NCBI GenBank assembly: GCA_010093995.1
Contig: ML992502.1
Coordinates: 2,240,728-2,304,727 of the forward strand
Direction of reading: 5' to 3'
DNA from: Elsinoe ampelina
Taxonomy: Eukaryota
Length of the DNA stretch: 64,000 nt
Shown: positions 59,466 through 64,000 of the stretch, piece after piece
Layout of the letters: each line of letters starts with the position of its first letter
How positions within the stretch are numbered: position 1 is the first letter of the stretch
Notes under the pieces: generated by a model
What the model saw: the letters and a program-made list of their open reading frames with translations, nothing else
Told to the model about the DNA's origin: nothing
The model's database searches: none
Program-made: the position numbers and the translations under genes

Positions 59466-59780
59466 CTAACTTCTCGCCATCCACTCCACCACCCACCACC
59501 CTACATCCACTATAAGCTGCCATCCAACAGCCACGGCCACCTTCAACACGCAGACGATCTCCCCGACGGACCTCAGTTGCGGGTGCCCGCACTTCTCGAC
59601 GCGCTCGGCGATAGGTCCAGTGTACTCCACGAACTCGTCGAATGCAGCCAGGGTGGTTTGACGGATCTGGGCGCGGAGTAGGATACGGTCGATGAAGTTG
59701 AGGTTGTGGAGACGGAGGCTGAGGTCGCAGAAGAGATAGAGGAGGAGGAGGTAGCAGATGATGGTGAGGAGAGTGGACAT
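59466..59780 (-). CDS. Small orphan putative membrane protein (104 aa)
   Basis: CAACAATG start, TATAAG near 59970, N-terminal hydrophobic LLTIICYLLLLYLF, hydrophobic Trp/Val-rich C-terminus, and the same C-to-G gradient. Confidence 0.55.
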   Translation of the reverse strand: MSTLLTIICYLLLLYLFCDLSLRLHNLNFIDRILLRAQIRQTTLAAFDEFVEYTGPIAERVEKCGHPQLRSVGEIVCVLKVAVAVGWQLIVDVGWWVVEWMARS

Positions 59781-60065
59781 TGTTGGTGGGTGGTGGTGGG
59801 TTGATTGGTGTAGAAGGGAGGTGGTAGGATGTCGGTATTGGTGGTTGCGGAGCTAATGCTGTGGTGTTGCTCTGTTTTGCTCTGTTGGTTGTAGTATTTC
59901 TTTGGTGTCGTTGACTGTGTTTGAATGTTGAGTCTTGCTTCTGGTAGGGACTTGAACGTGCTTCTCTTATACACTTGCGAGGCTCACGCTATGCGGCAAC
60001 GATGTTTGCCGTGGTCTCACAGCGAGAGTCGAGACAATCCTCGTGATTGTAACTTTTTGGATTGT

Positions 60066-63000
60066 CTAGGCCAAGTCGTGAAGCTCGTTTGCCAGTCGTC
60101 TCAGATAAAACGCCTTAATCTGCTCAGGCAAACCATCAAATTGTTTGGCAATCTTCTGCACGTCCTTCCTGCCCCGTTCGAAGGCAGCAATGTCTCTGTT
60201 GCCATAGACATCTTTGCCTGCGGCATATGCTTGCTCCATCCGTTCGTCCCGAAAGAAGACATTGACTGCCACACTCAGGTTGCTCGAAGGCTTGGCGGTG
60301 TGTAGCCACAACGGAGGAATGAAGAGGACGTCGCCTTCATTGAGGATAGCTTCGTATGGCGTGGCTTTGGCAAGTATGCTTTGCTCGTCTGGCGAAGGAT
60401 CGAAGGGATCGATCGAGGAGCTCGAGCCGCCCGGTGGAATACCGAGATGTATCACATCAGAAGGTGGATACAGCAGCAAGCGTTTTGATCCTTTGATCTG
60501 GCAGAGCACGTTTGCCATGACGTCGTAGTGCAACCACATGTTGACCGGACCCGATATGCGCAATGGCGAGCTGTGCGCATGATCTGAGACGTATTGTAGA
60601 ATGGATGGCAGCTTGAAGTCAGGAGCAATTGTCGGAAAGTCCGTAGCCAACTCGGTGGGTTTGTCCGCAGGTCGATCCGACGAAAGAGCACGGAGGTACA
60701 CATGCCTGCCGCCTTCTGCGTCATCAAGGAAGGTACCGAATGGAACGGTCTTGTACGCAAAGTTCTTACTTTGGAAGTTCATCTTCGGCGTTCCAGAGTC
60801 GTGGATGACCACATTGCGATCGTGGCCGACTGTGTCTTTCAGATATTGTGGCGTCCATTTCGATAGGCAAGGTCCAAGGTCTAGACCTTCAATGATTGCA
60901 GGTTGGCTTGCCAGAAGCATCGCCTGGAACGTATCTGGAGAAGACAATGTCTTTCGTGGTACCTGACTGGGGCTCTTACGTCTTGAGACAGCTGCAGTAT
61001 CATCCACTGCCGTCGCAAATGAGCCGACAGTCCGATGTGGTATTGACGGGCCTTGCACCTCCCATGCGCCGCCGCCAGACGTCGACGTACGAAGTACTTG
61101 GCTTGTGTTCCAGAAAGTGCCAAAGCTGAAGCATGTCGCACCTCCTCCTAGGGACACGATTTCCTCTCCGACAGTAATGACAGACAGTCCAGTCACCAGT
61201 GGCCTCGCCTCCCACTTGACAGCCACTGGAACTCCATCGCTTAAGCTCATTATCTCGTTATGGCTGTCGAGTAAGCTGCCCGCAGCCACTCCACCAATGA
61301 TGAGATCTTTGCCATCGAAACGAGCAGTCTGAGCGCCGAACCTACAGAGCCGCTCAAGAAGACCAGAATCAAGGCCCTCTCGACGTTCGCAATGTAAGGT
61401 CGGAGCGCCCGGGTCGAACGCCAAACGCCACGACCACTGGTCCAGGATGATCGTGCCGTCATTTCTCATGCCTCCGAGCAATGCCCCGCTCAGGCCATCA
61501 TCTTTGACGGTCATTGTAGCACCAAATCGGGCTTCAGGTCTTCTCCCTGCGACCTTGATAGTTTCCCACCCCTTGTCCGGACTGAAAAGGCTCCAATTAT
61601 CGAGCACCTGGCCCTGAGACGTCTTTCCGCCGAATATCAAGACGGCGGAGCTACAATCAGACTGCCTGGCAGACCCGACCTGTATGGCACAATGACGGTA
61701 GCGGCCTGTGGGAAGAGCATGAGTAGATTTCCACGAGCTGTTCTGTAAAAGCCAGCAGGACGATGATGCCTTATCCGGAGCGGTTCTCCCTCCTGCAAGT
61801 AGGAGCTGCCCATTTGCAAGTGATGTGATTGTATGGCACATGAGCGCGGTAGGTAGGTCGGCAGCAACCACTGAGGTGGGTTCCCGAACGTTGCTGGTCG
61901 TAGTATTCCCTCCGGCACCTTGATTTCCTTCGGCAGGCTTGACAAAAACGTCGGCACCTTTGAGTCGCTCTCGTGTTCCTAGTCCTCCCCAGATCGCGAC
62001 CCCTTGTATCTGATCACGCTCGGATCCGAGAGTATCTCGGAGAAGGGGCGCTGCTGCCGCAAATCGGCGGCTTTGCGGTGATCGCTGGATTATCTGAGAC
62101 CGCAGTGCCACTTGACTTGAGTCCAGAGAATTTGATGACGTAGCTACATCTGCAGGCTTGCTTTTGGGGGAGGTGGTCGTGTCGTCTGTAGGTCTGTTTG
62201 ACGCTCTCAGCAGGAAATAGTGGGCGCCGAATAGAGCAAACTCCTCCCACTCATCGAATGGCTCGACGGAATCCAGGTGTCGTCGCTCTTCCGACTTCAG
62301 AAAGTTGTCGTCAGACCACAACTCCCACAATGTCTTCATATCAAGGCTGTCTGCTGGCCATCCTGCCGCCACGAACCGTTCTCTCATTTGGGCCAGTGTA
62401 CCAATAGCGTGCAGCGGCGTCCGTAGCTTCTGAAAGTGCTTTAGCATTGTCTCTGCAAATGGGTGGTCTGGTCCGTCAGGTAGATGTTGCTCTAGGAGGC
62501 AGAATCTTGAGTCCGGCAGCTTTGCCGCCCACGAAAGGACAGCGTTCGCAGCAGGTTTCTCCATATATGCCACGGACACCTCGGCGACGAATAGGAAAGT
62601 GATAGAACATGATTCTAGGTCGAAGAACTGGCGGAGTGACGAGTCCAAGTTCGCTACGTTCTTCAAGTCACACCCTACAGCTTTGTACTTTTCTGCGGAG
62701 GCAAGCAATGGGTCGATCTGGTTGCCGTAGGTTATGCCCGGTAGAACATCAAGGATAGGCTGATTACTCCGAATGACTTCCAGCTTCCTATGCATAAGCT
62801 GAGGGTAGTCCACGTCAACAAATACACAGTTCTGGCATTTCTCTGGATGTATACCAAGAAATTGGAAAGGTAAGGGATCGCTAGACCAGTCAGATACCTA
62901 CCTTTGCAATGCAGGCCTTGGGAAGACATGCACGGCCTGTTCCTTACTCACTAGCCACATCCGAGATTGACGACGACCTTTGTCTTTGCAGTGTCCTCCT

Positions 63001-63286
63001 GTAAAAAGTCTGCCACGGTCTTTTCGATGGCCTTCATTCGCAGCCAGTAGCCACGATTGATCAGAGGCGATCGTCTTTGGAATTTGCGAACGAAGTATCG
63101 AAAGTATTCTGGCTGATGTGGATAGTACAGCTTCTCCACCGATCGTTTCGAAACGATGCTGCTACTATTGGTATCCATGATGAATTCATCCTTTTTGCCA
63201 GCGGTCGGGACTCCCAAGGCTTGCATCTTGAGCGGCTTCTTGAGCTGCTTCTGATGGAACGCTTGGATCGAGTCATTCTCGAACAT
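60066..63286 (-). CDS. PPM2: tRNA wybutosine-synthesizing protein 4 / leucine carboxyl methyltransferase 2 (LCM + Kelch + C-terminal JmjC/cupin domain)
   Basis: [36 protein letters not shown] across intron 62881-62951, EPFDEWEEF, Kelch GG repeats, Jmj[19 protein letters not shown]. The start may be 63226. Confidence 0.92.
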
Positions 63287-63613
63287 GGTGAAGATGGAAT
63301 ATGGTATAGACAATGGCTGAAGTACAGCAAAAATCGTGCACGAGATGGAGCGTGAAGTGCAATGTGGTCCGAGCTCACGTGCCCCGCCGCGGGATAATGA
63401 TCTGCGCCGTGGTTCACTTCATCACACGTGGAAAGGTCCATTCTTTGAATGTTGTGACGCGATACACGACTTGTCTCTGCCCACACTGTACTTGTGAATT
63501 CTTGGACACACCTTTGGCACTTCTCATAGCTTCACCATGATCCGATCGCAAATCCGGTAGCGTCACGCACAGTTCTACATTTCCTCGACGTGTGAAGACC
63601 CCTCACCGCAGCC

Positions 63614-64000
63614 ATGTCCATCAACTACATTACCTTCAACCAGGATCACTCGTTCCTCGCTGTTGGTATGTGACGGATACATCGGACATCGTGAGCTTCA
63701 CTAACACCAAGCAGCTACCACAGATGGCTTCCGGATATACTCGACCGACCCTTTCTCCATGGTCTTCCAGACACCACTGGCGGAGAATGGCGCATCCGGT
63801 GACATTTCGGTCCTCGAGATGCTCTTTTCCACATCCCTAGTTGCGATGATATTGTCGCCGCGACTACTGAGGATCATCAACACCAAGCGGCAATCCACGA
63901 TATGCGAGCTTACCTTTCCATCACGAGTAGGCGCATTGAAGCTCAACCGCAAGAGATTGGTAGTGGTACTTGAGGATATCATTTTCATATACGACATCCA
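63614..64000 (+). CDS. ATG18: Autophagy PROPPIN ATG18 (5' part; runs off the window)
   Basis: [11 protein letters not shown], intron 63666-63714, [42 protein letters not shown]. Confidence 0.95.

Noticed and set aside
1..64000. CRISPR arrays, rRNA/snRNA genes, intact transposons, telomeric arrays, secondary-metabolite backbone genes
   Set aside because: No regularly spaced repeats, recognisable structural RNA sequences, transposase/RT/recombinase motifs, TTAGGG arrays or PKS/NRPS domains were seen by eye. Small ncRNAs could have been missed.

Overview
Gene-dense window from a filamentous ascomycete (Pezizomycotina). The assignment rests on short GT-AG introns with CTRAC branch sites, a divergent ACL1/ACL2 pair and a RIP-like AT-rich left edge. 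Conserved genes, left to right: alpha/beta hydrolase, ESF2, HEI10, HAD phosphatase, AhpD-like protein, large WD40 protein, MT-A70 (METTL4-like) methyltransferase, LEU5, DBP10, hemerythrin-domain protein, DCC1, RhoGEF, ATP25, peroxisomal Lon, ACL1, ACL2, PPM2/TYW4 and ATG18 (partial). The main discovery candidate is a family of five intronless ORFs I cannot assign to any known family. They sit in two islands (about 25.5-30.6 kb and 46-51.3 kb) and are built from two modules, A and B (B is possibly PB1/beta-grasp-like). They occur as A+B fusions (x2), A-only (x1) and B-only (x2), and in the first island they lie co-oriented with an atypical kinase next to a decayed Pth11-like receptor. Other oddities are a degenerate half-length UPF1-like helicase, an ATP25 lacking its C-terminal half, a spliced ORF interrupted by one TGA, and two small orphan membrane-protein genes. 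All homology calls come from reading motifs by eye; no database search was run.
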